A stretch of 64,000 nucleotides of DNA. Source: Lama guanicoe (Eukaryota). A model generated the notes under the pieces. The model was given only the letters and a program-made list of their open reading frames with translations. It was not told the DNA's origin and searched no databases. The DNA lies in the NCBI GenBank assembly GCA_013239625.1, contig MU054120.1:434001-498000 (forward strand), given 5' to 3'. The translations under genes and the position numbers were made by a program. Positions 63,106 through 64,000 of this stretch are shown here, piece after piece (the first letter of the stretch is position 1; each line of letters begins with the position of its first letter).

Positions 63106-64000
63106 TGCATATATAAATGTCATTGGAACCACATGAAATCAGTATTGTAGGATAAATACCATTATTTTCAATATCTCTTAAGATACTCAAGTGTATGTGT
63201 GTATTTGCTAAATCACTTCAGCATCAGTGAATAATCATTTTGCCATATGCTCCCAAAGTGAAATGAAAATATAGTCTATTTCCAACAGCTCAAGCTTTAT
63301 AATCATTTTATAACATTTAGAGAGTGTAACAAGAAACCTTTTCTCTTGGGCCATATTCAAATGATTTATGATAATATCCTTAGCAAACAGACGCATCATT
63401 ATTGTGATTAATCTCATCTGGTGACAGTACCATTGCACAGCTAAATCATCACGCTGGAAAGAAACACAATCAGTAACTCCATTTAGCGGATTTGGGGATG
63501 ATGCTTGTTCAAGTATTGCAAAATTCATATTAAATTACCTCTGTATGGCATTAAACACTGTTCATTGCCTCCTGAAGACCTCAGTCTAAAAAAGGTTAGT
63601 GATTTTCCATTTCTCTTGCATGCATGTGTTCGGACCTGTCAGCTAATTGAGATAAAACTGGTATTTGAGGAGAAATCACCCTTTTCAGTGCTGTTTTTGG
63701 GACCATTCTTTGCCTGTGAGTTTCAGGTGTGCAGTTTTTCCCTCTGGGAAATATATTTTTCATTCAACATGGTCTCATAATATTTCTATAACTCCTGAAC
63801 CTAGATGAGGTGGTGTTGCCAAGTTTTGAGCTTCCTACTTCCATTCTTTATCTAGTATATGCTACTATATATATGGTTTTATAGCATCAGTTCATTTACT
63901 GTGATTTAAAAATCAAGCTGGAATTCCATGAAACATTCAATTCTTCTGTTTCAAGAGGACCAAAAGCTGTCTCTTTTCAAGTAAACATAGAACCTTAGTG

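Overview
Mammalian genomic DNA: AT-rich, CpG-depleted and dominated by repeats. It is most likely camelid, an inference from young LINE-1 3' ends of cetartiodactyl/camelid type and from my seeing no Alu, B1, Bov-tA/CHR, PRE-1 or Can-SINE in 64 kb. I recognise no intact protein-coding gene. The only clear gene-derived sequence is an intronless, disabled MPRIP retrocopy on the minus strand (1-~1750, running off the left edge). It keeps its GC-rich 5'UTR and both PH domains. The rest is layered transposon debris: L1 of several ages (some nested, with target-site duplications), L2, MIR, MaLR/ERVL solo LTRs, a MER2-like DNA transposon and a probable ancient RTE-clade LINE fossil. There is also a ~5.1 kb two-LTR, non-autonomous class I ERV (43411-48549) with a tRNA-Arg-like PBS, a gag relic and a second internal polypurine tract. 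Smaller features are a near-perfect 3x53 bp tandem triplication, several near-perfect palindromes and a few low-confidence minus-strand exon candidates. I found no evidence of a new multi-gene biological system. Repeat family names and boundaries come from recognition by eye and are approximate.
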